Part shown: piece by piece, positions 36,851 through 47,335 of the stretch | Layout: each line of letters starts with the position of its first letter | Position numbering within the stretch: position 1 is the first letter of the stretch | Assembly (NCBI GenBank): GCA_002773855.1 | Contig: PEZY01000005.1 | Span: 8,237-72,236, forward strand | DNA from: Candidatus Buchananbacteria bacterium CG10_big_fil_rev_8_21_14_0_10_33_19 | Lineage (GTDB): Bacteria; Patescibacteriota; Patescibacteriia; 2-01-FULL-39-33 | Length of the DNA stretch: 64,000 bases | Direction of reading: 5' to 3' | Program-made: the position numbers and the translations under genes | The notes under the pieces: model-generated | Databases searched by the model: none | Seen by the model: only the letters and a program-made list of their open reading frames with translations | What the model was told of the DNA's origin: nothing

Positions 36851-38575
36851 ATGATCAATCAAAAAGATTTAGAAGATATTCTTCTACAGAATAAGATCTT
36901 AGATCAAAAACAATTAAAAAAATATCAGGAAACAATTAGAAAATCTCCTACCACCTTAGAAGATTTGATTACCGAAGAAAAAATAATTTCTCCAGCTTTG
37001 CTTTATGAAATGGCCGCCAAATTTTATAAGCTGCCATTTATTCATCTAAAGGACAAGACAATCCGCAAAGATATTTTATTTTTAATCCCCGAAATCACCG
37101 CCAGATCACACCAAACCATTGCCTTCGACAAAACCAATGAGGATTTGATGATTGCTACTCTCGATATATCTAATATCGAACTTTTTGATTTTTTAGCCAA
37201 AAAAACTCAACTAAATATCAAGCTCCATATTACCACCCCCGAAGATATTAATGACACTTTAAAAATATATCACAAGGGCTTAAATGCTGAAATTAAAGAA
37301 TTGGGCGAAGAAGAAAAAGATAAAACTGGTAAACCACAAGAATTAAAAAATCTAGCTCAGGATCTACCGATTGTTAGAGTGGTAGATACATTGCTAGAAT
37401 ACGCTATTTTAGAAAAAGCTTCGGATATTCATATTGAACCATCCGAAAAAGAAGTTGGGGTACGTTATCGAGTTGATGGTATTTTGCGCAAAGTAATGAC
37501 CCTGCCAAAATCTACACATGCTGGTGTAGTCGCTAGACTTAAAATTTTATCAAACCTCAAATTAGATGAGCATCGATTACCACAAGATGGCCGATTTAAA
37601 ATTAAAACCAAGGAATTCAAAGTGGCTTTTCGTATTTCTATTATTCCCACCTTTGATGGTGAAAAAGTCGTTATGCGTTTATTGCCAGATGAAGCTCAGC
37701 AATTAACTATTGAACAACTAGGCTTTGGCGCAGAATCTCTAAAACTAGTCCAAAGAAATATTGAAAAGCCTCATGGCATGATCCTAGTAACCGGTCCAAC
37801 TGGTAGTGGTAAAACTACCACTCTTTATACTATTCTAGGCGCGCTTAACAAGCCAGAAGTAAATATCTCTACTATTGAAGACCCCATTGAATACAAAATG
37901 AAAGGCATTAATCAAAGCCAAATCCAACCAAAAATCGGCTTTACTTTTGCTGCTGGCTTAAGAGCTTTTTTACGTCAAGATCCAGACATTATCATGGTCG
38001 GAGAAATTCGTGATACCGAAACTGCCGAGATATCTATCAATGCAGCTATGACTGGTCATTTGGTCTTATCTACTCTTCATACTAACGATGCGGTCACAGC
38101 TATCCCCCGTTTTATTGATATGAAAATACCAACTTTTTTGATTGCCTCAACAATTAACATTATTATTGCTCAAAGATTAGTTAGAAAAGTCTGTAAAAAT
38201 TGTATTGAAAGTTATAGTTTAGACAAAGCCACTATTGCTCAATTGCAACAACAATTTAATTTAGAAAAATTAGAAAAATACTTAATTGATCACGGTCATA
38301 TGACCAAAAAACAAAACATCAACTCAATGTTATTTTACCGTGGTAAGGGTTGTAATCAATGTGATAATAGTGGCTATAAAGGCCGCTTGGGCATCTACGA
38401 AACTCTAGAGGTAACCGAAAAAATGTCTGAATTAATTTTACGAAACGCTTCCCGAGATGAGCTAGAAAAATTAGCCATCGAAGAAGGGATGATGACTTTA
38501 CTGCAAGATGGTTTTATTAAAGCTAAAAATGGCTTAACCAGCCTAGAAGAAGTCTTAAGAGTGACCCAAGAATAA
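36851..38575 (+). CDS. pilB: Type IV pilus assembly ATPase PilB (GspE family)
   Basis: N-terminal GSPII_E_N domain, Walker A GPTGSGKTTTLY, and a C-terminal tetracysteine CNQCDNSGYKGR. Confidence 0.9.
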   Translation: MINQKDLEDILLQNKILDQKQLKKYQETIRKSPTTLEDLITEEKIISPALLYEMAAKFYKLPFIHLKDKTIRKDILFLIPEITARSHQTIAFDKTNEDLMIATLDISNIELFDFLAKKTQLNIKLHITTPEDINDTLKIYHKGLNAEIKELGEEEKDKTGKPQELKNLAQDLPIVRVVDTLLEYAILEKASDIHIEPSEKEVGVRYRVDGILRKVMTLPKSTHAGVVARLKILSNLKLDEHRLPQDGRFKIKTKEFKVAFRISIIPTFDGEKVVMRLLPDEAQQLTIEQLGFGAESLKLVQRNIEKPHGMILVTGPTGSGKTTTLYTILGALNKPEVNISTIEDPIEYKMKGINQSQIQPKIGFTFAAGLRAFLRQDPDIIMVGEIRDTETAEISINAAMTGHLVLSTLHTNDAVTAIPRFIDMKIPTFLIASTINIIIAQRLVRKVCKNCIESYSLDKATIAQLQQQFNLEKLEKYLIDHGHMTKKQNINSMLFYRGKGCNQCDNSGYKGRLGIYETLEVTEKMSELILRNASRDELEKLAIEEGMMTLLQDGFIKAKNGLTSLEEVLRVTQE

Positions 38576-38583
38576 TAAAAATT

Positions 38584-39639
38584 ATGAGAATAAAACTATT
38601 TAAAAAAATTTCATCAACTAATAAAATTTTCTTACTGCAAAATCTTTCAGTGATGATTAGAGCTGGCGTACCTCTAGCCGATGCTCTCAGTACTCTAGCC
38701 GATCAAACAAAAAATAAAAAATTAAAAGAAATTCTTTTTGATGTCCAAAATAAAATCAAAGAAGGCAAAACCTTTAGTGAAGGACTGGAACCATACCAAG
38801 AAAACTTTGGTGAAATGTTTATTAATATGATTAAAGCTGGTGAAACTTCTGGTCAACTAGATAGTGTTATTAAAGAGCTCCATGAGCAAACCAATAAAGA
38901 CCACAAATTAATGTCTAAAGTTAGAAATGCTCTAACATATCCAATTATTATTATTACAGCTATGTTTGGTATTGGTACTTTTATGATGGTTTTTGTACTG
39001 CCTAACATTACCAATCTATTTACCGAATTAGAGGTCCAACTACCATTACCAACTAGGATTTTAATTGCCGTTAGTAACTTTGTACAAGCTAATGGCCTAT
39101 ACTTGGTAATATTTATATTTATTGCCGTTGCCACTTTCATTAAAATAATCAGAACAAAGAAAGGTAAATATATTTTTGATAGTATTTTAATAAAAATACC
39201 AGTCATATCTGGTATTATAAAAAAAATTAACCTAGCTAGAGCCTCCAGAAGTCTAAGTTCATTAATTAAAACGGATATCACTATCATTGAAACATTACAA
39301 ATCACCTCTCGAGTCCTAGGCAACTCTCTTTATAAAAAAGCCCTCACAGAGTCTGCTGAACAAGTAAAAAAAGGCAACAAGATGGCTGATGTATTTAAAA
39401 ATTATCCAAATATATTTCCACCAAATATCATTCAGATGGTATCTGTTGGCGAAGAAACTGGATCGCTAGATGAAGTCTTAGAAAATTTAGCTGTCTTTTA
39501 TGAAGAGGAAGTTTACAGCACTATGGATAATTTACCAGTTATTATTGAGCCAGTTTTAATGATTTTAATTGGTATTGCTGTTGGTGGAATTGCTCTAGCT
39601 ATTATGATGCCAATGCAAACATTAACCGAAACTATTTAA
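38584..39639 (+). CDS. pilC: Type IV pilus inner-membrane platform protein PilC (GspF family)
   Basis: Duplicated T2SS-F domains with three TM helices. Confidence 0.85.
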   Translation: MRIKLFKKISSTNKIFLLQNLSVMIRAGVPLADALSTLADQTKNKKLKEILFDVQNKIKEGKTFSEGLEPYQENFGEMFINMIKAGETSGQLDSVIKELHEQTNKDHKLMSKVRNALTYPIIIITAMFGIGTFMMVFVLPNITNLFTELEVQLPLPTRILIAVSNFVQANGLYLVIFIFIAVATFIKIIRTKKGKYIFDSILIKIPVISGIIKKINLARASRSLSSLIKTDITIIETLQITSRVLGNSLYKKALTESAEQVKKGNKMADVFKNYPNIFPPNIIQMVSVGEETGSLDEVLENLAVFYEEEVYSTMDNLPVIIEPVLMILIGIAVGGIALAIMMPMQTLTETI

Positions 39640-39641
39640 TA

Positions 39642-40097
39642 ATGATAGCTACAAAAAACAAACAAAACTCGGGTTTCAGCTTAATAGAAATACTGGGCGT
39701 TATTACAGTTATTAGCATTATTGCTCTAGTTATACTGCCAGTGTACACCAAAATTAAACCCACACTTAATCTAAATACGGAAACCAGGGACATGGCCTCA
39801 GATTTACGATTGGCTCAGCAATTATCTGTTACCGAACAAATCAATTACGCTGTGGTTTTTGATCAAAATGCTAATCAATATTCAATTATTAATACTGATA
39901 CCAGTGAAATCATAAAAACTAAAAACATTAATCCAGCTATATCAATTAATTCTATTAATGATCTAACAGATAATACGGCTATATTTAACGTCACTGGTGC
40001 GGCTACCGAAAATGGCTCTATTGTTTTAATAAATAGCAATAATTCAATCAGCACTATATCCATTAAACCATCAGGCTATGTTAAAATTGAACAATAA
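39642..40097 (+). CDS. Type IV pilin / FimT-GspH-like pseudopilin
   Basis: Prepilin leader and the methylation motif G-FSLIEILGVI. Confidence 0.7.
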   Translation: MIATKNKQNSGFSLIEILGVITVISIIALVILPVYTKIKPTLNLNTETRDMASDLRLAQQLSVTEQINYAVVFDQNANQYSIINTDTSEIIKTKNINPAISINSINDLTDNTAIFNVTGAATENGSIVLINSNNSISTISIKPSGYVKIEQ

Positions 40098-40500
40098 GGG
40101 CATCACCCTACTTGAAGCAATGATTACAATCTTAGTTATAATGATTGGAATTTTATCGCTGGCAAAAATATTTCCTATCGCTTTTAAAATCGATAAAACT
40201 TCCGAACAAGCCACTGTAGCAGCAAACTTAGCTCAATCTGGTTTAGAAAATTTATTTTATTTAGATTACGATAATTTAACTGTTGGTACTATGGAAGTAA
40301 AAAATCGATTATCTAATGATCCCAGTGATCAATTTTATAACTACCAAAGAGAAATTTTAGTGGAGTATGTTGACGAAACTTTACAAACATCAATAACTGA
40401 TACCGGCCTAAAAAAATTAACGGTCAATATTTATTGGTATAACCAAGCCTTAAAAATCGAAAAAAATACTCAAGTTATATCACTAATTAGTAAAAAATAA
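40078..40500 (+). CDS. Minor pilin (PilV/GspI-like)
   Basis: Prepilin motif KG-ITLLEAMITILV. Confidence 0.6.
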   Translation: MLKLNNKGITLLEAMITILVIMIGILSLAKIFPIAFKIDKTSEQATVAANLAQSGLENLFYLDYDNLTVGTMEVKNRLSNDPSDQFYNYQREILVEYVDETLQTSITDTGLKKLTVNIYWYNQALKIEKNTQVISLISKK

Positions 40501-41072
40501 TGCCAAAAATTAAATATAATAAAAATGGCTTCTCTTTAATTGAAGTTGTTATGGTTATCAGTATTTCAGTAGTACTATTCTTAGTAGTAGCTATGGTTTA
40601 TTATATCAGTCAAACTACCTACCAAAAAACTGACACTAGAGCTGAAATTACTCAAAATGGCAGAGTAATACTAGACAGGATTATCAGAGAACTTAGACAA
40701 TCTCAAGCCATAATCACCACTCTCCCAGCTGACAACTCAAATCCAGACACTATACCATCAGAAATAAAATTTTTAGACGGTCACGACAGCAGTCAAATAT
40801 TGTACATTAGATATTATTTAGATGGTCAAGATATTAAAAGAGAATATTCTAGATATTATTTTGCCTCCGATCCCAATACTTATGTTTATATATCAGATAT
40901 CGACCAATTTGGTAATAACCCAATTCAAGAAATAGTTGAAGATAAAATAGTTGGTGAATATGCTAGCGATTTAGAATTCTGGGGCAATGGCTTAATTAAC
41001 ATAAATTTATATCTAATAAAAAATTCAGAAACTATAATAATAAATACATCTATTTATGGCCGAAATCTTTAA
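40500..41072 (+). CDS. Minor pilin (PilW/GspJ-like)
   Basis: Prepilin motif NG-FSLIEVVMVI. Confidence 0.6.
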   Translation: MPKIKYNKNGFSLIEVVMVISISVVLFLVVAMVYYISQTTYQKTDTRAEITQNGRVILDRIIRELRQSQAIITTLPADNSNPDTIPSEIKFLDGHDSSQILYIRYYLDGQDIKREYSRYYFASDPNTYVYISDIDQFGNNPIQEIVEDKIVGEYASDLEFWGNGLININLYLIKNSETIIINTSIYGRNL

Positions 41073-42279
41073 AAAAATAATATCCAAATCAAAAAAAGAA
41101 AATGGCTTTATTTTAGTAACCACTATACTAGTAATGTCTTTAATGCTAGTTACTGCGATTTATGTTGTAAATTTTACTATCACAGAAATGAAGATATCCA
41201 ACAGCCAAGCTGTCGCTGCTAAAACATATTACCTAGCTGAGGCTGGAGTCAATGAATTGATTTGGAAAATTCAAAATAACTCAGCTACTGGCGAAGCTTT
41301 CCTAAACGGAACACTTAATTCATCAAATGACATTATTCGAAATGAAGTTTTTGGTGATAGCAATGCCAGTTATCAGGTATCCGCTATTAATACTGTGCCA
41401 GCCGAAGCTTGGATCATTGCTACTTCTACTTATCAAATTGCGGGCAAAACCTCTAGACGAGTTGTTAAATATTATATCACTCAAGCTACTGGTGATGGTT
41501 CAAACTGGAATTACACTGTCTTTGCTGGCGGTAAAGGGGCCCAACAAAATGGTAATTTTACCTTTACAGGCTCTGGATTAGTATTAGTTTCTAACGGTGG
41601 GCGATTACACGCCAATCAAAATTTAAAAGTTCAGGGCGCTGAAATTATAGTTAATGATGGCACTATTTCAGCTAGCAATAACATTCTAAAGGTTTCTGGT
41701 GGTAAAATAACTTTAAACAATAGCACTCAAAGCGCCCCAACTTCCACTATTGATGTCTTACCAATTGATTTCGACTCAGATAGTCCAACCTCATGGAAAA
41801 ATCGAGCCACAATTACCTATACCAAAGATCAATTTAAAAACCTGCCCAACAATACTACTTTAAATGGCATTATTTATGTTAGTGGTGACGCCGAAATTAT
41901 TGGTAAAAATATGACTATCAACGGTGTATTAGTCGCTGACGAAATTAAAATTACCAGCTCTGGTCAAACTATAACTGTCAATGCTGATCCAGTTTATGGT
42001 GGTGGCTTGCTGTCCGAAGGTGACCTTAAATTTACGACATCTGGTGGTGCTGTAAATGTTAATGGATTAATTTATTCTAGTGATGATTTAAAGATTACCA
42101 GCTCTGGAACCAACTTTGTAATCAATGGTGGCATGGCCGGCTTTGATGCTACTGTCACTGCTAGTGGTGGAGCCATCACTCTTAATTTTGCTCCAGAAAA
42201 TTTTGAAAATGTCATTGACCCAACCAACAACACTAATCCACCAGTGATCCAAATAGACCACTGGGAAGAACAATACTAA
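41056..42279 (+). CDS. PilX/GspK-like minor pilin with a large C-terminal repetitive (beta-helix-like) domain; candidate pilus tip protein
   Basis: PilX N-terminal pattern NGFILVTTILVMSLMLV...YLAEAGVNELIWKI. The C-terminal region has repeats of the ITSSGQTITVN / KITSSGTNFVINGG type. Confidence 0.5.
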   Translation: MAEIFKKIISKSKKENGFILVTTILVMSLMLVTAIYVVNFTITEMKISNSQAVAAKTYYLAEAGVNELIWKIQNNSATGEAFLNGTLNSSNDIIRNEVFGDSNASYQVSAINTVPAEAWIIATSTYQIAGKTSRRVVKYYITQATGDGSNWNYTVFAGGKGAQQNGNFTFTGSGLVLVSNGGRLHANQNLKVQGAEIIVNDGTISASNNILKVSGGKITLNNSTQSAPTSTIDVLPIDFDSDSPTSWKNRATITYTKDQFKNLPNNTTLNGIIYVSGDAEIIGKNMTINGVLVADEIKITSSGQTITVNADPVYGGGLLSEGDLKFTTSGGAVNVNGLIYSSDDLKITSSGTNFVINGGMAGFDATVTASGGAITLNFAPENFENVIDPTNNTNPPVIQIDHWEEQY

Positions 42280-42335
42280 AATTTATATTATATCAAATAT
42301 TTGCTATAATTATAGCAATAAATACAAATAAATAA

Positions 42336-43394
42336 ATGTCTTTTTTAAACACAACTGAAGTCGCTTTTGGCTTAGATATATCAGATAGAAATCTACGTAT
42401 GATTCAGTTAGAAAAAAAATCAAAGAAAATTAAAGTGCAGCTATACAGTGAGGTAAAATTACCACCTGATTGTATTATTAGCGGAGAAATCAAACAACCT
42501 AAAGTCTTTTTAGATTCTCTTAACAAAATGATTAAAACTAAAGTTGGGCGTGGCAAACTAAGCGACGAAGTTATTAGTGTTTTACCAGAAGAAAAAACTT
42601 TTTTTAAAATCATAAATATGCCTTTGGTTTCTGACGAAGAAATCATTGATAAAATCAAAGAAGTATTACCACAAGATATCCCTGTTGATTTTAATGATGT
42701 CTATATGGACTATCAAATAATGGAAAAAACCGACAAGGGTTTAGTAGTGCTGGTTGGCATTTCACCTAAAAACATAATTGAATCTTATGTTGATATACTA
42801 GCCAAGGCTAATTTAATACCAACAGTTCTAGAGATAGAATCAGCGCCAATTTCCAGATTATTATTAGAACAAGCCACCAACCAAACTCCACAAATTATCA
42901 TAGACATTGGTGCTCAAAGAACTGGTTTATTTTTACACGATAAGACCATCAAATTTACAGTTAGTCTACCTATTTCTGGTAATAACATTACGAAACACAT
43001 TGTAGATACTCTAGAAATGAAATGGGATGAAGCCGAAAAAGCTAAAATAGTTTGTGGGCTCGATAAAACAAAATGCCATGGCGCCTTACTAGAAATATTT
43101 TCTGATGTTATAAATGAATTGAATACCAGAATAACCAAAGCAATCAACTTCTACTATTATAATTTTCCAGATTCTAAAAAAATTGAAAGAATCGTACTCT
43201 GTGGTGGTGGTGCCAACTTTATCGACATAGCTCCAGTACTTGAAAGTAAACTCAAAATACCAGTAGTAGTTAGCAACCCCTGGGAAATAATAGAAAATCC
43301 CAATACATCTTTTTTTAATGACCAAAGATCACAATCCTTTATTACTGCTCTAGGGCTAGGACTTAGAGGTCTAAGACCAGATACATTTTTATGA
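42336..43394 (+). CDS. pilM: Type IV pilus assembly protein PilM
   Basis: Actin-like fold. N-terminal FGLDISDRNLRMIQL. It lies upstream of pilN. Confidence 0.8.
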   Translation: MSFLNTTEVAFGLDISDRNLRMIQLEKKSKKIKVQLYSEVKLPPDCIISGEIKQPKVFLDSLNKMIKTKVGRGKLSDEVISVLPEEKTFFKIINMPLVSDEEIIDKIKEVLPQDIPVDFNDVYMDYQIMEKTDKGLVVLVGISPKNIIESYVDILAKANLIPTVLEIESAPISRLLLEQATNQTPQIIIDIGAQRTGLFLHDKTIKFTVSLPISGNNITKHIVDTLEMKWDEAEKAKIVCGLDKTKCHGALLEIFSDVINELNTRITKAINFYYYNFPDSKKIERIVLCGGGANFIDIAPVLESKLKIPVVVSNPWEIIENPNTSFFNDQRSQSFITALGLGLRGLRPDTFL

Positions 43395-43927
43395 TAACCA
43401 TTAATCTACTATCCCCCAGTCAAAAAAGGGAGCTAAAAATCAAAAGAGTCTACGTGGCTGTTAAGGAGCTTATCATTTTAGTTTTACTTTTTACTTTAAT
43501 TATTGCCATATTATTACTAATCTCTAAGTATGTTTTAGACAATAGTTTAGCTAGATTAATCGAGAGAAACGCCTACAGCATTGCTGAGAATAGGGAGGTA
43601 ATCAATAAAATTAATACCCTTAACTCAAAGATAATAACCGTAGATAAAATACAAAAGGATTTTAAAAAATGGTCAAATTTCTTTATTATAATATCTGAAA
43701 TTACCCCCAATAATATTTCATATGACCTAGTAAAAATAAGTTACCAAGATAAATCCATAGAAATAAAAGGCGTGGCTAAAAACAGAGGAGACTTAACAAA
43801 ATTAAAAGACAATTTAATTAGCTCTGGGCTCTTTGAAGATATTAATCTACCACTTAAAGATCTTTTGGCCAAAGATAATAATACTTTTTCGATTACTGCT
43901 AAAATAATACTAGATAAAATAAAATAA
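43391..43927 (+). CDS. pilN: PilN-like protein
   Basis: Single TM helix after a short cytoplasmic N-terminus. It overlaps the pilM stop by 4 nt. Confidence 0.6.
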   Translation: MITINLLSPSQKRELKIKRVYVAVKELIILVLLFTLIIAILLLISKYVLDNSLARLIERNAYSIAENREVINKINTLNSKIITVDKIQKDFKKWSNFFIIISEITPNNISYDLVKISYQDKSIEIKGVAKNRGDLTKLKDNLISSGLFEDINLPLKDLLAKDNNTFSITAKIILDKIK

Positions 43928-43929
43928 AT

Positions 43930-44475
43930 ATGGTTTTAAGTTATTATAAAAATAGATTCTACATCAATATAGGAGTGATATTATTATTTTTTACTTTCAT
44001 AACTGCTTTTATAATTTTTCCAGCTCTCAAGGAGATATCAGCTGTTAACCAAGAAATTACTAACGAAAGAATTAAATTAGAAAGAAAATTAGCTCTCGGT
44101 TTGAATATTAAAAAAGTCATAAAGGACTTAGATAACATAGAAGAGACTGCTAAAACCTTAGATGACATATTTTTAGAAAAAAATAGTGAACTAAATATAA
44201 TAAACAATCTAGAATCACTAGCCAATCAACATAACACCAATATAGACATAACTTCTGATTTCGTAAAAAAAGACATTGGACCAAATACAAATGCCATGGA
44301 ATTAAAAATCATTGCTACCGGCAGTTACAAACAAATACTTAATTTTATCAGTGGAATAGAAAACCAAAAAAATTATTTTAATTTACAGAATATTTCTTTT
44401 ACTAAAAACAAAAAATCTGACGGCTCCAGTACTGTAGTCGCTCAATTAATTGGCAATGTTTATTTTAAAAAATGA
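43930..44475 (+). CDS. pilO: PilO-like protein
   Basis: TM helix plus coiled coil, in the conserved position after pilN. Confidence 0.5.
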   Translation: MVLSYYKNRFYINIGVILLFFTFITAFIIFPALKEISAVNQEITNERIKLERKLALGLNIKKVIKDLDNIEETAKTLDDIFLEKNSELNIINNLESLANQHNTNIDITSDFVKKDIGPNTNAMELKIIATGSYKQILNFISGIENQKNYFNLQNISFTKNKKSDGSSTVVAQLIGNVYFKK

Positions 44476-44786
44476 AAAATAAAAAAATAAAAAAAATAAA
44501 TTTCTTTATACTAATCAGGTATCTCTACCCTATTACTATTATTATTATCATTATTGCCTTGTTTATTTTGATAAGATTTTTATACAACAATGTATATCAA
44601 ACAATAATTGAAGCCGAATTAATCACTGACCTAAGAAAAGAAATATCTGATCAAAACCTAGAGAAAGATAAATTCGACAAAGTAATAGATGAAATTGAAC
44701 AAAAAACAAATTCTGAAAAAATTAACACAGCAGATATTAAAGATCCATTTCAAAATTTAATCACTACACCGCCACCAACCATCTAG
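44472..44786 (+). CDS. Small membrane protein, possibly a PilP-like T4P component
   Basis: TM helix. It overlaps the pilO stop by 4 nt. Confidence 0.3.
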   Translation: MKNKKIKKINFFILIRYLYPITIIIIIIALFILIRFLYNNVYQTIIEAELITDLRKEISDQNLEKDKFDKVIDEIEQKTNSEKINTADIKDPFQNLITTPPPTI

Positions 44787-44792
44787 TAAAAT

Positions 44793-44826
44793 AAAAACCA
44801 CTATTTCAAAATAGTGGTTTTTATTT
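44793..44826. terminator. Bidirectional rho-independent terminator shared by the T4P operon (+) and the cysteine desulfurase gene (-)
   Basis: aaaaaccactattt-caa-aatagtggttttt. Confidence 0.65.
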
Positions 44827-44832
44827 TATAGA

Positions 44833-46020
44833 TTAAAGACTTCTCAGCTTAGTAACGGCCGTAATTAATTCTGTCAAAAATATATCAATTTCTTCTTGTG
44901 TATTGTATTTACTTAGACTGACTCGCAAACTACTATGTGCTAATTCACTGGGCACACCAATGGCTAATAACACATGAGATGGGTCCAGCGACCCAGCTGA
45001 ACAAGCTGAGCCAGTAGACAAAGCAATACCTCTTTCAGAAAGCATCAAAACAATATCCTCCCCTTCAGCGCCATCAAAAACAAAGCTAGCATTATTAGGC
45101 GATCTTTCTTCCATACCACCAGTCAAAATAGCTCCATCTATAGTTGTTAGTACTCGATTTATTATACAATCCCTTAATTCAATTAAAGATTGATTTATCT
45201 GACTGCGCTTAGATTCATTACCAAGCAAATCTATGGCAGCAGTCAAACCAACAATTCCCGGCACATTATAAGTACCAGGTCGAATATTAGCCTGTTGATG
45301 ACCGCCAAAAACCAATGGCTTAAAAGGAGTATTCTGCCGAATATATATAGCTCCAACACCCTTTGGTCCATAAATTTTATGGCCAGACATAGATAGTAAA
45401 TCAACTTTTAGATCAGCTACATTACAATTCACAAAATTAATAGCCTGAGTGGCATCAGTATGAAAATATATTTTAGTCTCTCGAGTTTTATTTAATTCTG
45501 ATATTAATTCCCCAAATTGAGTAATTGGTAAAATAGTCCCTATTTCATTATTAATATACATTATAGACACTAAAACAGTTTCTGGCCTAATAGCTTCCTT
45601 TAAGGTTGCCACATCAATCATGCCATTCTTGTCTGGTAGTAAATAAGTTACTTCAACTCCCTGCTTCTCCAGTTCATGGCAAGGCTCTAAGATAGCATCA
45701 TGTTCTATCTTAGTAGTAATAACATGAAGTTTAGAATCAACATCTTTATTTGATGATTTAATAGCTTCTACAACGCCAAAAATAGCCATGTTATCACTTT
45801 CTGTAGCTCCAGAGGTAAAATACACCTCCGATTTACTACAACCCAAAAAATTAGCCAACTTCGCTTGAGATCTGTCCACTACCACCCGATTATCCAAACC
45901 AGCATAATGCAGAGAAGAAGCATTGCCATACTCTTCCTGCATATACGGCAACATGGCATCCAAAACCATCGGATCCATTTTAGTAGTTGCCGCATTGTCC
46001 AGATATATTCTTTGTATCAT
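44833..46020 (-). CDS. Cysteine desulfurase (class V aminotransferase; IscS/NifS-like)
   Basis: YLDNAATT and PLP-lysine SGHKIYGPKGVGAIY; the active Cys lies in the SACSAGS stretch. Confidence 0.9.
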   Translation of the reverse strand: MIQRIYLDNAATTKMDPMVLDAMLPYMQEEYGNASSLHYAGLDNRVVVDRSQAKLANFLGCSKSEVYFTSGATESDNMAIFGVVEAIKSSNKDVDSKLHVITTKIEHDAILEPCHELEKQGVEVTYLLPDKNGMIDVATLKEAIRPETVLVSIMYINNEIGTILPITQFGELISELNKTRETKIYFHTDATQAINFVNCNVADLKVDLLSMSGHKIYGPKGVGAIYIRQNTPFKPLVFGGHQQANIRPGTYNVPGIVGLTAAIDLLGNESKRSQINQSLIELRDCIINRVLTTIDGAILTGGMEERSPNNASFVFDGAEGEDIVLMLSERGIALSTGSACSAGSLDPSHVLLAIGVPSELAHSSLRVSLSKYNTQEEIDIFLTELITAVTKLRSL

Positions 46021-46030
46021 AGATATTTAA

Positions 46031-46255
46031 TTAAATAGCCACAACCTCTTTAACGTCTGGTATTTCTTGTTTAATCGTTCTACCGATACCTTCTTGTAAA
46101 GTAATCTGAGACATCGGACAGCCAACACAGGCACCACTCAACTGAATTGTCAAAAGTCCAGTTTCAGTATCGAAAGACACAAATTCAACATCACCACCAT
46201 CCATTTGGATATATGGCCGAATTTTATTTAATTGTTTTTTAATTTTAGCTTCCAT
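46031..46255 (-). CDS. NifU-like Fe-S cluster assembly domain protein (Nfu-type)
   Basis: CVGCPMS CxxC motif and the Nfu/NifU C-terminal fold, directly downstream of the cysteine desulfurase. Confidence 0.75.
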   Translation of the reverse strand: MEAKIKKQLNKIRPYIQMDGGDVEFVSFDTETGLLTIQLSGACVGCPMSQITLQEGIGRTIKQEIPDVKEVVAI

Positions 46256-46346
46256 AAAATCATTATTAATGAATTTAAATTTAATCCCTACTAATCTAGT
46301 TGGTATTTAAATACCGTAACAAATTTAAAGCAATTTGTCAAAGTCT

Positions 46347-47192
46347 TTACTTATTAACTACCACCATTTTTTTAGGCTGGGCAGTCATTTGTTCATCAGT
46401 CACCTCATAATGCGACCAATCTGGATTCCAATCATGAATAGCATTAATTAAGACGTCGTATTTATATTTAAAACTATCACCTCTTTTGGTGCCAACCTCA
46501 TTAACAATAAATTCATCACTGTCATAACCCTTAATCACTAGCATATGATAAATTGGTCCGGGTGCTCTAAAGTAAGGGTTATTTAATTCCCGACCAGCCA
46601 GTGGCACTATTATCAAATTACCCAAACTTAATTCATATTTAATCCGATTAACACTCACGTCATTAATGACTTTAGCTGATAAATTAAAATAATCTTTTAA
46701 AACTGCCACAGTTTGGACTACGCTTAAATCAATTTTATAACCATTATTTTTCTCCCAAGCATCTAACTTAACCAGCTCATCTGCCATGATTTTTTCATCC
46801 AAAGGTTGATTTAAAAAATATTTAGCTGCTGTCACCATAGAAGCCTCTTCACAGGCTTCTTCATTAAGTTCATTCCAATTGCCAAAAGGTGCTTGCGGTG
46901 CGAAGGCCACATCCAATTCTAATTTAGTTGGTATTTCAACGGTTACCGGTGCTGTTACTGGTTCTTTAGTATTAGTATTAGTATTAGTATTAGTATTAGT
47001 ATTAGTATTGGTATTGGTATTGGTATTAGTCGCATCCGATGTGGCGTTCGTGTTTTCATTAGACACGACATTATTGTTTTCCAAAATATTTTCATCATTA
47101 ACTGGCAAATCAATATTAATAACTGTAGACTGCTTAGTGCAGCCAGTTAAAAAAAATACCAGGAATAATAACGATAAGAGTCTTAATGACAT
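46347..47192 (-). CDS. Lipoprotein with a (Thr-Asn)11 linker and a C39-like (papain-fold) peptidase domain
   Basis: Lipobox FLTGC. QAPFGNWNELNEEACEEASMVTAAKY is the Cys region and IYHMLVIKGYD the His region, in a Peptidase_C39_2-like arrangement. Confidence 0.5.
   Translation of the reverse strand: MSLRLLSLLFLVFFLTGCTKQSTVINIDLPVNDENILENNNVVSNENTNATSDATNTNTNTNTNTNTNTNTNTNTKEPVTAPVTVEIPTKLELDVAFAPQAPFGNWNELNEEACEEASMVTAAKYFLNQPLDEKIMADELVKLDAWEKNNGYKIDLSVVQTVAVLKDYFNLSAKVINDVSVNRIKYELSLGNLIIVPLAGRELNNPYFRAPGPIYHMLVIKGYDSDEFIVNEVGTKRGDSFKYKYDVLINAIHDWNPDWSHYEVTDEQMTAQPKKMVVVNK
46967..47030. repeat. Hexanucleotide microsatellite (TAGTAT)7(TGGTAT)3 encoding the (TN)n linker
   Basis: Read directly. 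Both variants encode Asn-Thr on the minus strand. Confidence 0.9.
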
Positions 47193-47335
47193 AATTTATT
47201 TTTACTAATTATTTAAATAAATTATAGCAAATTTTAGGAATATTGGTAGATATTGATAAATAATCAATAATAACTTAAGATTAACTTACAAAATACATTG
47301 GATTTGCACTTTTAAAACCAACGGAGACTACCGAC

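Noticed and set aside
46967-47030. Possible CRISPR array or phase-variation switch
   Set aside because: It is a 6-bp in-frame microsatellite with no spacers. It cannot shift the reading frame, so it only changes linker length.
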